From the NCBI GenBank assembly GCA_951406725.2, contig OX597825.1, positions 31,062,001-31,126,000 of the forward strand: DNA of 64,000 nucleotides, given 5' to 3'. The notes under the pieces were generated by a model, which made no database searches, was not told the DNA's origin, and was given only the letters and a program-made list of their open reading frames with translations. The position numbers and the translations under genes were made by a program. The stretch's first letter is position 1; each line of letters starts with the position of its first letter. The DNA comes from Octopus vulgaris. Lineage: Eukaryota. Below are positions 13,185 through 27,517 of the stretch, piece by piece.

Positions 13185-13477
13185 TGTATATGCGTATGAG
13201 TGTATAGGCACACACACACATACACATATATACACATACATACATACAAAAATTCTATAATTATAATTATCATTATGCTTATAAGTATAGAATTTTTGTA
13301 TAAAGTTATCAATAATGGTTCTTTTATCATACCAAACTACTTGGTAAAATTATTAATTATTAATTGATTAATTAATTTTACCCTTTATTATTATTGAAAC
13401 ATACATACGTAAATGCATACATACATATATTCATACATATATACATACATGTATATAAAATAAAATAAATGTTTCCT

Positions 13478-13715
13478 TCTTGGCCATGTCAGGCTCATAA
13501 GGGATGGTTTCCCGATTTCAGTGGTGTATATACTTCCCAAATGGATGGGACACCAATCCCTCAAAGGATTACTTATTTTTTCCAGCTGAGTGGACTGGAG
13601 GTAGGTGAAATGAAGTGTTTTGCTCAAGAACACAATGTGTAACCTAGTCCAGGAATTGAAACCACAATCTTACGATCATGAGTCCAACACCCTAACCACT
13701 AAGCTACACACCTTT
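13478..13715 (-). mobile_element. SINE family D-related copy
   Basis: ggctcataaggg..ggtttcccg...tgctcaagaacacaa...ccctaaccactaag; homologous to 35502-35822. Confidence 0.7.
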
Positions 13716-13754
13716 ACCTGTATATATGTATATACAAATATACATAAATATGGT

Positions 13755-14042
13755 GAATGCCAGTGCCTCTAGACTGGCTCCCGTGCTAGTGGCACATAAA
13801 AAGCACCATCCAAACGCAGTCGAAGCCAGTGCTCCTTGACTGAGTCCCTTGTTGGTGGTATGTAAAAATTACCCACTACACTCACAGAGTGGCTGGTGTT
13901 AGGGAGAGCATCCAGCTGTAGAAACCTTACTAGATCAGATTGGAGCCTGGTGCAGCCTCCCGACTTGCCACCCCGCAGTCAAACCGTCCAACCCATGCTA
14001 GCATGGAAAGTGGACGTTAAATGATGATGATGATTATGATGA
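13755..14042 (+). mobile_element. RTE LINE 3' UTR fragment
   Basis: ggtggcac.taaaaagcacc repeats, gcatccagctgtagaaacc, acccatgctagcatggaaagtggacgttaaa-(TGA)n tail; same structure as the end of the RTE at 41157-42700. Confidence 0.8.
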
Positions 14043-14756
14043 TATATATTTACACACACACTCATATCTATTTATCTATCTATATGTGTTTGTGTGTATG
14101 TGTGTGTGTGTGTTTTTTTTTTCAGTTTCTGTTAATCAAATCCACTCAACAAGGCCTTGGTCTACCTTGGGCTATTGTTAAAGAAGCTTGGCCACACAGT
14201 GAGACTGAACCTGGTACCATGCAGTCAGGAAGCAAACTTTTTAAAACTTATAATATTTAAAAATACTTCATAGTTCAAAAATATATTTCTGTCTTGAACA
14301 AAGTGAAAAATCTTTAGAGTTCAGATTAGGAGTCATATTCTCTTTGTTGTTTCTTTTTTCTTGTTTTTATCTTTTTTGGGGTGAAAGTCAAGGACAACAA
14401 GTGCTCTAATTTAGAAATGTGAAGACATTTTTCTTTTGCATCTCTTCAGGCAGATGTGTAGTCACTCCTTGGTTTCCAATTTATGTTCACAAGTAAACAA
14501 CCTGTAATGTACCTTCACTAGCCTAAAACTAGGAGTTTTTAACTAAATATAATTAAATAAAATGCCATGATCCATGACTATTAAATATTCCTGGAGGTGA
14601 AATCATATATACATATATATATATATTAGACACACACACACACATACATCATCGTCAACATTTAACGTCTGTCTTCCATGCTGGCATGGACATATATATA
14701 TATGCCTATATATAAATACACACATGCATTTACACACACACACAAATATATACATA

Positions 14757-14826
<70 letters not shown>

Positions 14827-15247
14827 AATTCTTACACTAAGCAAAGAAACCCAGGAATTTCTCTAAACCATAGAATTTTTAAAAATAACTAAAATCAAAT
14901 GTAATTTTCTAAAAAAATGTCTCAAAATTGTTACAGTTTTCTTTTTCAAACTTCTGAGCAGATTTCGAAATTTACAGGTATTGTGTTTATTAGATAAACA
15001 GCTGTAAAGTTAAAGGTGATAGATTACTGAGGAACACTAAGTCATATGTTCAAGTTTTATGAGTTCCATTATCCTCATAGGGATAAATAATTTTGCTCAT
15101 TCAGTTTTCTTTGATTCATGGACTGGGTGTAGGGAGAAGACATCAATTCTCTTCTAAGATATATTTGCTCCAATGATGCAGAGAAGTGTGTTCGCTATAT
15201 CTAGAAAACAATGAAATGAAACAACTAGAGTACACACACACACACAC

Positions 15248-15978
15248 ATCAGGTTGAGTAAAAAGTAAGCAACGTTTTTGAACCATCAAGAATTTGTACC
15301 GGATTTTTGCAGAGTTTTGAATTTTTTCTAAACACTTTTTTGCAATTGTCTGATAATCAAGACATAGACTTGCCTAAATGCATCAATAAACTACTATTGA
15401 TATTTTTTTTCATTGTTGTTACAGTCGTCTGAAATGGAACAGTCAAAGAGTGATATTTGAGCCATTTTGCTATTCAATTTCAAAAATGGTTGTAAAGCAG
15501 CTGCAGCTGCTCGCCATATCAATGAAACATTTGGTGAGGAAATGACCAGTGAGTAGTCAGCTCAAAAATGCTTTAAATGATTTTGCAGTGGAGACCTGGG
15601 ACTTGAAAATCGTGAGTGGAGTCGGTGCCCATCTGTAATTGATGACAGTCTATTAAAGACCTTCATTGAGAAAGATCCATGTAAAACCACTTGAGAACTG
15701 GCAAAAGAACTTCAAGTTAGCCAAAATACTGCCTGCAACTATTTGCATGCGATCAGAAAATCAAAAAAGCTTGATAAATGGATACCACACAATTTGAATG
15801 AAAATCAGAAAATGCAACAGGTATGAAATTTGTTTGACGCTTCTTCTCCATAACCAGACTGATCCATTTCTTGACTGTATTGTAATTTGTGATGAAAAGT
15901 GGATTCTGTAGAATAGTAAAAGATGTTCTTCATAGTGGCTGGAGTGAAATGAAGCACCGAGAACCTTCCTGAAGCCTG
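15248..15978 (+). mobile_element. Mariner transposon remnant (Hsmar1/SETMAR-like), 3' truncated
   Basis: TIR-like tcaggttgagtaaaaagtaagcaacgttttt; from ATG 15434: MEQSKSDI*AILLFNFKNGCKAAAAARHINETFG...LDKWIPHNLNENQK...PFLDCIVICDEKWIL, with stops and a frameshift (WVPHEL and TCDEKW motifs). Confidence 0.9.
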
Positions 15979-16489
15979 TTCATTCCATCTTCTTGTATTA
16001 AAATTCTTATGTATAGACTCTACAGAAACTCACAAATTTCCACATGTATATCCAGTAAGAAGATAGTTCCTACAATATGATGGCACTTGGTAGCCAATAC
16101 CAAAAAGGAGTCTCGTGTATCACCCCAGCTTCCCAGCTCTGGTCAAACCATCCAACCTATACCAGCATGGACAACAGACATTATATAATGATGATGATGA
16201 TGATGATTAAGATGAAGATGAGCTTTGGAAAGCACACTATAAGGTTATTTAATACCCAGATGATACTAAATTATATATATATACACATACATACAACACA
16301 GACATGCACACATGAACACACACACACACACACACACGCACAACACTCATTGTTTCTTTCAGTTTCTACCAACCAAATTTACTGAAAGGCTTTGATTAGT
16401 TCCAAGCTTTGCCCAAGATGGTGCTATGCAGTGGGACTGAATCCAAAACCACATGGCTGGGAATTAAGCTTCTTTAACACACACCCACA

Positions 16490-16582
<93 letters not shown>

Positions 16583-16593
16583 CAGTAGTAGTA
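16490..16593. repeat. Compound (TTA)n(GTA)n microsatellite
   Basis: Directly visible. Confidence 0.95.
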
Positions 16594-16792
16594 AGATATG
16601 AGTGGTAACTGTGCAGATGCCCATCAAAGGCATACATACACACACACACACACAAACACATGCATACACACATATATACATATGAATGTATATGCTTGTA
16701 GACACACACACCACAAACACACACATGTATGTATATGTATATGTAAACTTACTTGGAAATGGATGTGTGGCATTCAATTAAATAATAATATA

Positions 16793-16837
<45 letters not shown>

Positions 16838-16995
16838 TGGGTACAGGACATCACCAACTATGTAAACAACATGAAGTATGAAAACAAACGAGTTAAATAT
16901 TCAAGCAATGAGAAAAAAATGGAAAACAGGACAAGTAAACACAGAGAATGACCCTTCATCAGTTGTCGCTTGTCTATCTACCCTTCATTTCGAGC
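16838..16995. repeat. (TA)n-embedded interspersed repeat, homologous to 25190-25630
   Basis: Shared aggacatcaccaa...aaaacaggacaagtaaaca...gacccttcatcagtt.tcgcttgtctatct. Confidence 0.7.
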
Positions 16996-17009
16996 ATATA
17001 TATATATAC

Positions 17010-17051
<42 letters not shown>

Positions 17052-17055
<4 letters not shown>

Positions 17056-17266
17056 TCATCATCATTGTTTAACGTCTGCTTTCCATGCTAGCATGGGCTG
17101 GACAGTTTGACTGAGGACTGTCCAGCCAGAATGCTGTACCAGGCTCCAACCTGATTTGGCAAGGTTTCAACAGCTGGATGCCCTTCCTAATGCCAACCAC
17201 TCTGAGAGTATAGTGGGTACTTTTTATGTGCCACTGCCACAAGGGCCAGTCAGGCAGCACTGGCAT
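17052..17266 (-). mobile_element. RTE LINE 3' UTR fragment
   Basis: (CAT)n-tttaacgtc.gctttccatgctagcatggg...ctggatgcccttcctaatgccaaccactc. Confidence 0.8.
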
Positions 17267-17600
17267 ATATATATATGCACATGCCTATGTGTTATTTAAA
17301 ATGGTACAAGTTGCAATCTATTTTTTAAAATATGGCTGTTTGATAAACAGGAATTGGTAAAATAAGTACCAAACTGAAATAAGGATTATTTTCAATGTGA
17401 TCAGCTAAAATCCTTTAAAGTTTTTGCTCCAGTATGACCACAGACCAATGGCTGAATCCATGAGAAGAAACTAAAATAAAAATAAGAATAATAGTGAAAA
17501 TAACAAAACAATAGTGAATGTGTCATGGATGTATGTTACAATGTAAGTGTCTTGGATAAGTATGAGTCTTCGGCTACTGGAGATGTGGTCAGACAATTGC

Positions 17601-17641
17601 TGTGCTGATGAAGGCTAATGAGCCAGAAACATGTGTCCACA
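17601..17641 (+). ncRNA. Minimal type I hammerhead ribozyme motif
   Basis: UGUG CUGAUGA A GGCU-aaug-AGCC A GAAA C-AUGU-G UC CACA: perfect core, GUC cleavage triplet, 4-bp stems I and II. Confidence 0.75.
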
Positions 17642-20479
17642 ACTGTCCACTCATCTCCAAATAATAAGCCTTCACTTTTACTAATGGCAGGTTAGTTTTG
17701 GAGAATTATTAAATCTTGCGATTATCTCCCTTACTCAAATGGATGTTATTGTAACAGTTTAACTGGCATTTCTCTAAGTTATTCAAATACATGCCTCTGG
17801 CCACTTTGATTTATTTCTCTTACCCTTATATCATTTTAACATACACGTACCTTTAGCTTAATCTCTTCTCAAATAGATACAACAGAAAAAAATGTATTTA
17901 GTATTCATGCAGAGTAATTAAGGGGCTTAACTCCACCTCCACACCTCATTTAGAAGACAACAGATAATGAAGCTAGATAAATGATATTTCAGAATTTAAT
18001 TGATTTTTTTTTTTTTGGCATTCCATTAGGCTCTAATGTAGCCAATTCCTTGCAAATCTTTCATTGAGGTTTTATACTACTCACAGATATCTCATAAATT
18101 TTAGCTGTTGATATGAGCTAGAAGAAAAATGAGTAAGTGGCATTACTCAGTAAGTCATCCAGAGAATTAGTTAATGAATTAATTAATAATTAATTAACTA
18201 ATTAATTAATTAATTAATTCTGTATTTGGAAATGATATTTTGTTACATTTTTCATCATTAATTTTCAATGATTTGCAACAAGTTAAGAAAACTATAGAAA
18301 ATATCACCTAATTTTGAATTGGTTATAGGGACATGACAAAAGTGTTTGGCTTTATGCAGCCTATGTGAAGAAAGTCACCCAGTTGGGAACCATTTCTTAC
18401 CAATATAGGGACCAGCAGGATATTGTAGGTTGGCAGCATTAGTGAAACAGGTACTCTGAGAACTGAAACTGCATCAAGCTCAGTTCTTTGAGAACATACC
18501 AACATTCTGTGGAGCTAATGTATGTTACACACACACAAACACATATATTATTTTAAGGAAATCATAGGGCACTACCATGGTATAGCTCAGAGATTGAGAC
18601 AAAGGAAAACTGTTTCACACTATTATCAAGTGAACGGTTATCCTGAATACTACCCTAATCTTGTGTCTGCTTTGCATGCTAGCATGTGCTGCATGGGTTG
18701 TCACATCCCCAAGGCAGTTCGTATTCAAAGTTAAGGGCCAGAGGACCATATCCCACCCACATCTTCCAATGTTTACATGGTTTCTATGATTGGTTGCTCT
18801 TTCTAATACCAAAGACTTTACAGGGTATGCTGACAGTATTTTATTATGGTAAACACTAGATCAGTACTAAGGACTTGGGTAAAAATAAAATGCTCTCTTG
18901 GCTCTGCAGTGTCTGTGTTTGTTCAGAACAAAACGACCAAGGTGGGAGGAAGAAGAGAGATCGATGACTCAGACCACAGTGAATACATGAAAGGAGTAGG
19001 GCTAGGAATGGAGAAACAAAATGGTAAGTATGTGAGGGTAGAGAGGTGGAAGAATGAAAGTGCTTGGGGGAGTAATGGAAGAAAGACTGTAATCGAATCT
19101 ACATATTTGCTGGTATGAGGGAGGTTGAATGATGGATGGTAAGAGAGGATGGGTGATTACAAGAATGAGTGATTGATGTCAATAACAGATGGCTTGCCAC
19201 TAATGAATTATCACATTTTCAGACTGGCTGAATAGAAAAAAAAAATTAAGAAATAAAAAATTCGTTATCTCTGAATGGTTTAGTATAGCATCAACAGACA
19301 TTTATTACAGGTAATGAATTATTGGGTCACAACTTCTGAACTTATTATGTTCAGAAGCATTTAAAGAAATTGAAGTGAAGTTGCAATTGAATGCTGAATG
19401 TCATTTTCTTGTGATGAATTACAATTTTACTCTGACATTCTGTGATAAAACATTGACAATTGATATCCCTAGTCTACATGTTAAATCCTTCCCTCTGCTT
19501 AGATACCTCATACGACAGGTGATTAGCTTCAAGTTTTCATACCATTAATCTTTTCAAAACTACAGTTGATTGAAATGTACTCTTCATAAGAAATAGCTAA
19601 TGCAGACAATAATTCTAACCATAAAATCCTTGCAGTCCTAACTGTAAATTGCCATTGTGTTAATCCTTTTACAGTCTGTAACTTCTGATGGCCATCTGTA
19701 ATGGCTTCTATATATAGATGTGCTAATTATAAAGCTTATTGTTCGTGAGTTAAACATCTTCACAGTCTAAATAGCTGCTGACAACACTGTATTGTGGTTA
19801 CTGCATGTAACTGGTGTGACTGTAAATTCTGTCGTTAAGCTAAACCTTTCAAAGATTCACAACCCCTGACAACATCATAAACGTAACTAGAGTTATGCCC
19901 AGCAATTTTAACTGTAAATTGTACTGTCAGTGAGATAATCTTTCTAAAGATCATTGCCATTGGCATCACAGCATAACAGATACTATCACCACCACCACAA
20001 TCACCACTACTTCTGCTGCTTATAACTAATCTTGTTGTATCTTCAGTTGCATATGTGTTAAATAAAACGGATGGTGTATATTCTATGTAAGACGGCAGAT
20101 TATGTTCAAGTAATTTGCTGTAGCCAGAATACTGTATATAAACCAGTTGCATTGTGTGCATAAAAGGGTTAAGCTAAAGTAACAAAAACAAAAAAAAAAT
20201 CAAAAAAACAATTATCACCTTATTTGAACAATTTATCAATTTCCGGCAACGTTTAATGGAAGCAAACAGACCAAAGTGTTTTGCTTAGGGACGTAACATA
20301 TTGTCTGTATTGGGATTAAAAGTTTTCAATGCAAGCATCAAGAGTGGCTTCCTCCCCCATGCCACCCCACCCCATTAATACCAACATGATGGAGGCAGTT
20401 GAATTAGAAATGAAATAGCAGAATAGATAAATTATTCTTGGTCTGTGAGTTCAAGTCTTTTATCAACATCCTTCAACAT

Positions 20480-20780
20480 TTGACCCATAAAAAAACTGTT
20501 TCCTCACTTTCACTTTTCTTCTGCTACTATAATGGCTATTGCTCCTCAGAATTGGTTGATCACGTGCTACTCCTACTCAAGCCTGCCTGACTCAATGATC
20601 TCTCCCATTCTCATAATGTATATTGCTAACCTCATTAATCCCTTCATTAAGTACTATCAATTGGTACTTCCTTCCCCCCAAACACCATCCATCTCTGGAA
20701 TTCCCTCACTCTGCATGTTTTTCCTGTAGTTATCAAATATCAACCATAAGGACAGCCCCTGTCTCAATCTCCCAGTCCTT
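20480..20780 (+). mobile_element. Probable decayed CR1/L2-group LINE 3' end
   Basis: Encodes FLPPNTIHLWNSL, resembling the FFPRTIxxWNSLP C-terminal motif of these LINEs; heavily degraded. Confidence 0.4.
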
Positions 20781-21908
20781 GTAACCCCACCCCACTCATC
20801 CATATTCACTGTACATCTACCTGCACCCACAAATCATCACCACAGCACACCACAACACACCAACACATCACCACAACACACCAGTGTTATCTGCCACATC
20901 TAAAGAAAGCAGAGCCACAACCAACAACCCCATCAAATGAGCAAACCTTGCACTATCATTTGCTGCTTTATGTGGCCAAACCCTTCACTCCAAAAGTAAT
21001 GACAAGAAATTCCCAAAATTAGTGCATATATTTAGCAACAGGCTGCTCTAAACACAGACCAGTAGACTGCAACCAGTGGTAATCTGCCACAAAATTCTGG
21101 TCTGGGATAAATTACACAAGAGAATGATAAAGTAATCACTAACACATGAATTTCACCAGATCAGATTTGATCCACTGAGAACCACTCCTTGAACAGTCAC
21201 ATGAGCCCTGTTTATAATCTCCACAAAGAAGAATGCTCCAGGTTCAACTCTATGGAACCTAAAACCTGGATTTTAAAGAAGGAGCTTCAAGATTGCCATG
21301 ATGATATTCAAACCATCTCATAGCAAGAGCACAAAAAAAAAATAGGGAGAAAATTTAATGACACATTCGGTTCATCATCGTCCTCATCATGCTAGCATGG
21401 GTTGGACTATTTTGACTCAGGGCTGATGAACCAGATGGCTGCACCAGGCTCCAATCTTGATCTGGCAGAGTTTCTACAGCTGGATGCCCCATTTTAGATA
21501 TTACTCAATGTAGAATAGCTTTTGCTGGCCGGTACTAGAGTGCTGAATACCAAACCTTATCAGATGTTATAGTTCAGGGATCCACCCCCATCCCACCCCA
21601 CCCTAACAAGGCAGTTCTCCAGCATGGCTGCAGTCCAATGAATAAATCAAGTAAAAGAACTGCAGTAGCAACACCAACAATAATAATAAATTTGGTGATT
21701 ATGACTCGGCAGCTGTTGATTTTATTTTAATTAATTTATTTTCTTTTCTTTAATTAATGATGGATTAAAGGTGGTAATTAGAAGACAGGTTTTCTAAATA
21801 TTCATCTCTGCACCCAAGTGTTTTCTTTTCAGGTCTTAAAGACTGACCAGCAGTAGTAAGCTTGCTTAGCTGAAGTGAATGCAAAAAGACAGTAAGAAAA
21901 GAACAGTG

Positions 21909-21960
<52 letters not shown>

Positions 21961-22107
21961 CAAGATAGGAGGGCTGAAGGGGAGGAGTGGTTTTAAAAAT
22001 GGAATACAGTTTACAAAATACAAGTAGCAGTGTTTGTGCTTTTGAATGCAAGTGTCCATGCATAACACATTTGCATAAAAGTGTGCACATAGAAAGAGAT
22101 ACACATA

Positions 22108-22159
<52 letters not shown>

Positions 22160-22231
22160 AATACAATTATATATATATATATATACAATTATATATATCT
22201 ATACAATTATATATATGTGTGTGTGTACATG

Positions 22232-22264
<33 letters not shown>

Positions 22265-22296
22265 GTATGTATGACTGCATGCATCATGTTGTTTTA

Positions 22297-22337
<41 letters not shown>

Positions 22338-22481
22338 TGTGTATGCTAAAACAACAACATGATGAATACAGTCATAAATACATACAGAAGAGACACAGAC
22401 ATTCACACATGCTCACACACAAATACACACACATACACACACGCGCGCGCAAACCTATATATTCATATATACATACATACA

Positions 22482-22539
<58 letters not shown>

Positions 22540-24184
22540 TGAATGCCTATACACACACATATATATATATACATAGATGCACAAACACTTTCAAAGATAC
22601 ATACACATACAGTGTTCAAAATAAAATGGGAAAACATACTTTTCTAATCAGCGAGGTATACACAAACGCATATACATCATATCAACAAAGCATCACACAC
22701 ACACACACACATGCACATACAAGCAAACATGCACGCACACACACACCTACACCTACATATACATATGTAGACACACCTACACAGCCACACAGTGTAAGCT
22801 AGAAAATGTGAAAACACAACTTGCCACTCAAGCAATTACCGAAGTGAGGAAAGTCATAATTGAATTGCTGTTAATATAGGTAGGCACTTAACAATAATCA
22901 GAATCAGAAAACACATACACACACAAACACACACACACATACACACATGCACACACACACTTACAACAGCAAATATAATTTCCTCCCTTCCTTCCTGCAT
23001 ATATCTTGCCAACAAAAATATAAAAGAAAGAAGGAACAAAAAACAAAAAAAAACATATAAAATAAAAAAAATACAAAAAATAGTATACTCCTTAAAGAAC
23101 TGAATTTTCTATGAAAAACTGTTTGATATACGATGATGCAAAATTGCTCACTATGTTACGATATAGAATTGTTTCGTTATGTACTGATGGAGAAGTGCTG
23201 TGTATGTAATGTTATAATACCTTCACCTTGATATAATGATAAAGAAACAACTCAGTATGGTAAAAGTATAGAATTTTTGTTCTGTTTACATGGTAGAAGA
23301 GGTCTATAAATAATGGTGAAAATATTGCTGGTTCTGTTAATATAAAAACAAATCTTGATAATGGGTTAATAATATATGATTGTTTTGTTATTTCTTGTTG
23401 CAGAGATGTTTGTTATGTAATGGATGTATTTTGTTTTGTTTTTACAATAACATGGAAATATTGTCATAAATTAAGATGCAGAAATATATGTATTGTATAG
23501 GTAGTGATGTGTTGTTTTCAACACATAACAAGAATTGTTATTATAAATTCTGATACATGAGTGTTTACTATCCAACCAACAGAAATATTTGATATATAAC
23601 AATAGTGAATTATTTTATACATAATAATGCAGGAAGTTACTAAATACAATAGAACAAATGTATTTCGCATAAAATACCACAGTATTCTTTTACATATATT
23701 TTGAGTTTGATGGCATGAAGAATTTTATATGTAATAATATACAATAAATGTAGTGGTAAAGAATGGTTCATTTAAAATAAAATGTTGCAGAAATGTGAAG
23801 TAATATTCAAAAATACAAGGCTAAGAAATTTTTCAGTTAAATTAGATTTAACATCTGAGAGAAAGGGGGATTGAACCAGATGATATTCCAACATCTTGCT
23901 ACTGTTTTAGGTGATTGGACTAAGCTATATATATTTATTCTCATTGTAATGTCTGCTAGCTGTCACTGTGTTATTGTAGTAGAAATCAGCTATTCAATGA
24001 TCAATCACAGACTAGGCTTTTGAACATTGTGTAGGCAGTTAGAATCTACATTAATAAACATGACCTTTCCATTTGGTTTACTAAGTGTCTCTGATTAGAT
24101 TAAACACGAAAATTTAAACTGTTCTATCATCAAGTTTCTGATGAAATTCTGTATATCAGTTTTAAATGATTTTATACTATTAAC

Positions 24185-24592
24185 CATAGGCAAGTGTGGT
24201 GAAGTCTGCTTCCCAACCAAAAGTCTTCAAGATCAATCCCGCTGCATACCACATAGTGTAAGTGACTTCTACAATAACCCTGAGCCAACCAAAGCCTTGT
24301 GAGATTTAGCAATAGGAAATTGAAAGAAACCTGTCATGTACATACACACACATATTTGTGTGTGTTAGGCATGTATATGTATGTGTGTATCAGTGCATGT
24401 ATATTTTTGTCTCCTTGTCTTAACATTGCATGATTGTTGTAAATGAGTGATATGCATTTCCAATATAATCTTGTTTAGAAACAGGTGAGAGTTGGTAGCA
24501 GGAAAGGTACCCAGCCACAGAAAACCTACCTCTATAAACTCCACCCACCTATGCTAGCATGGAAATGTGGACAATAAAACGATGATGACGAT
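24185..24592 (+). mobile_element. Chimeric SINE: family A head plus RTE-like 3' tail
   Basis: Degenerate A head (ccaaagccttgtgag...gaaattgaaagaaacc) followed by ...atgctagcatggaaatgtggac..taaaacgatgatgacg. Confidence 0.6.
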
Positions 24593-25097
24593 AAGTATAT
24601 GGATGCTGTTAAAAATGATCAAAATTACTGAAAGTATTGATTTATACTTTTATACATCTATCTAGTGAGTGAACACTGGTTTTCTGTGATACAGCCAACC
24701 TATCATCTCTGTGTATACCTATCTCTTTAGTTCTGGATTTAGTTTTGAGTATCTCTAGGGCAGACAGGCCAGCAAAATTACATATCCCTATGTTGCTGTT
24801 TAATTCAATACTGATAATGAATGAAATTGGTATATATTTTTTTTTACTAAAACAAAATTTTTGTCACCAAACTAAAGTTATCCTAGGGTACCTAGTGATA
24901 TCCATATCAGTTATAGTGACATGTCTCTGTAATTTCAGGAGCACTGTAGTAGTGAGTGATGATTCTGAAGACTGCTTGGAGACACAGGGCATGTTATAAA
25001 AACCTGCCTAGATCAGTGTTTCAAATACAAGAAACTATTAATAGCTTGTATCTTTATAGTATGTACGTTAATGAAACAAACTGCCACACACACACAT

Positions 25098-25182
<85 letters not shown>

Positions 25183-25881
25183 TATATGAGTATAGGACAT
25201 CACCAATAGTCTAAATAACATGAAATAGTTAAACAAATCAGTTAAGTACGTAAACAATGAGAAAAAATGAAAAGCAGGACAAGTAAACATAGACAAAGGA
25301 CCCTTCATCAGTTATCGCTTGTCTATCTTCTCCTCATTTCAAGCATTCAATGACAATATGAGTCTTCAAAGACAGTTGCTCCCATAAATTCTAAAATAAA
25401 ATTTAGGATTTATGGAGGGTCAGAGTTGGGAACAAAAACATGTCAGTGGAGACATACAAGGAAACGAAATGAAAACACAAATGGAGGGTCGTTAGACCAG
25501 AATATAAGGAAAATAGTGAACACTGGGAGAAAAACTTTTTGAAAAGAAAAGAAAAAAGATAGAAGAGAGAGATAAAAACAAGCCCGCACTTTTGAATGTC
25601 TGTACAGGATAAGAAAGATGGTCATGCGAGGAAAAGAGCAAATATATAGCTAGTTTCTACACACCCTCATCTAGCAATTCTGATCGTGGTTCGCTGAAAG
25701 CAGATAGTACAGTATGCTTACCAAGGTGGCATGCAGTAAAACAGAACTTGACATTATATCATTACAAAGTGAACTCTATACTCTATCCAAACATGAAAAC
25801 ACAAAGAGAAAATACAACAACGTGAGGACATGAAACAAATATAGTATTATTGGACGCTCAGGAAGAAAGGGAAGAAGGAGG

Positions 25882-25916
25882 GTTTAACGTTTCGAGCGGA
25901 GCTCTTCGTCGGAAAC
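25882..25916 (-). ncRNA. Minimal hammerhead variant
   Basis: GUUU CCGACGA A GAGC-ucc-GCUC GAAA CG UU AAAC (U4>C variant; ACGU palindromic stem III). Confidence 0.55.
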
Positions 25917-26143
25917 ATAGGAGAAGGAAAGATCCAGAGAAGGGAAGACAGAGGAAAAAAACTCGCCATTCTAGCCACCTCTCCTTCCTTAGCCGTTGCC
26001 TCCACCATCATGTCACACCCCGTGGCTTCCTCTTGAAGTTCCATGCCACCCCCTATTAAAAAGATTCAAAATGTGACCACGTGTGTACCATTGGCGATTT
26101 TCTTTCCTCTGTCTTCCCTTCTCTGGATCTTTACTTCTCCTAT

Positions 26144-26178
26144 GTTTCTGACGAAGAGCTCCGCTCGAAATGTTAAAC
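26144..26178 (+). ncRNA. Minimal hammerhead variant
   Basis: GUUU CUGACGA A GAGC-ucc-GCUC GAAA UG UU AAAC (apparent CpG decay in stem III). Confidence 0.55.
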
Positions 26179-26272
26179 CCTCCTTCTTCCCTACCTACCT
26201 GAGTGTCCAATAATACTATATTTGTTCCACGTCCTCGCGTTGTTGTGTTTTCATGTTTGGATTAACTTTATA

Positions 26273-26310
<38 letters not shown>

Positions 26311-27137
26311 TATACATACATACATATATACATACATATATATATATATATACATACAAACATATATATAATTTAGGGTATCTAAGAGATACCTCCACAC
26401 TGGAAATAGCAGCCAAAACTTGACTCTAAACCCACATTAAATGTTCATACAGCACCAGAAGAGAAGACAAAAAGGACAAGATGAACTAGCAAAAAATTAC
26501 TGGATAATTCCAGATCCCGGATTTCTGACTACTTGATAAGATCGATAATTAAATTAACAACACACACACATGAAAACAAAAGAGAAACCAGTAGTCTATG
26601 ATGAATATAGCTTTCAATGGATACCTGTTTCTTTGATTGTATCACACAGAAATTATTTGACAAGGTTATCTTGAATCAATCAGTATCACTGGACACATGG
26701 ACACACACACACACAAATACATATAAGTGTCCAAGTGCATACATGTGTGTTTGCACGAGCATGCTTTTGCATGCATGTGTGTGTTATTCTTGGCAATATG
26801 ATAAACACCTGCCCATGTTCCCTTTTTATTATCTTGGAGTGGTTTAAGGAAGGAAAGGCATCCTTATATAAATCAAATGTTTCTATCCTTAAATGCCTTT
26901 TTATCTGATGTTAGCTGGAATTTGGCATGCAGATATGTATGTAGTTATAGAAGTATATGTTTCTGTATACTCTAAGATACACGTATCCCACAATCCATCC
27001 ATATACATGTATGTTAACATAGCTGTACCAAAGCAAAATCCTATCATCATCATGTATGTACATATCTATCTATCTATCTATATATATATATGTATGTGTG
27101 TGTGTATACATAAATATATATATGTGTGTGTGTCTTT

Positions 27138-27189
<52 letters not shown>

Positions 27190-27455
27190 GCAGTTATATA
27201 TATGTGTATGTATACGTATATTTTAATATGTATGTTATACACATAAATGCATCCAATATTTATACAGATTACATATGTATTAAGCAAGCAAATAAATATG
27301 TACATATGCAAATATATGTTTCTTTAGGTATGTATGTTTATCAGTATATACTCATATTACACCCATGTGAATATAGCAAATGTTAACGTGGATTACATAT
27401 GTATTTATACAAGTATGCAGTATGCGTGTCAGTGTACATACATACATGCATACAT

Positions 27456-27517
<62 letters not shown>

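Larger units (their letters stand above)
25785..26262. mobile_element. Inverted-repeat mini-element, ~180-bp arms with hammerhead-variant motifs (Penelope-like pLTR pair)
   Basis: 25785-25970 is the approximate reverse complement of 26088-26262, with a ~120-nt spacer. Confidence 0.8.
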
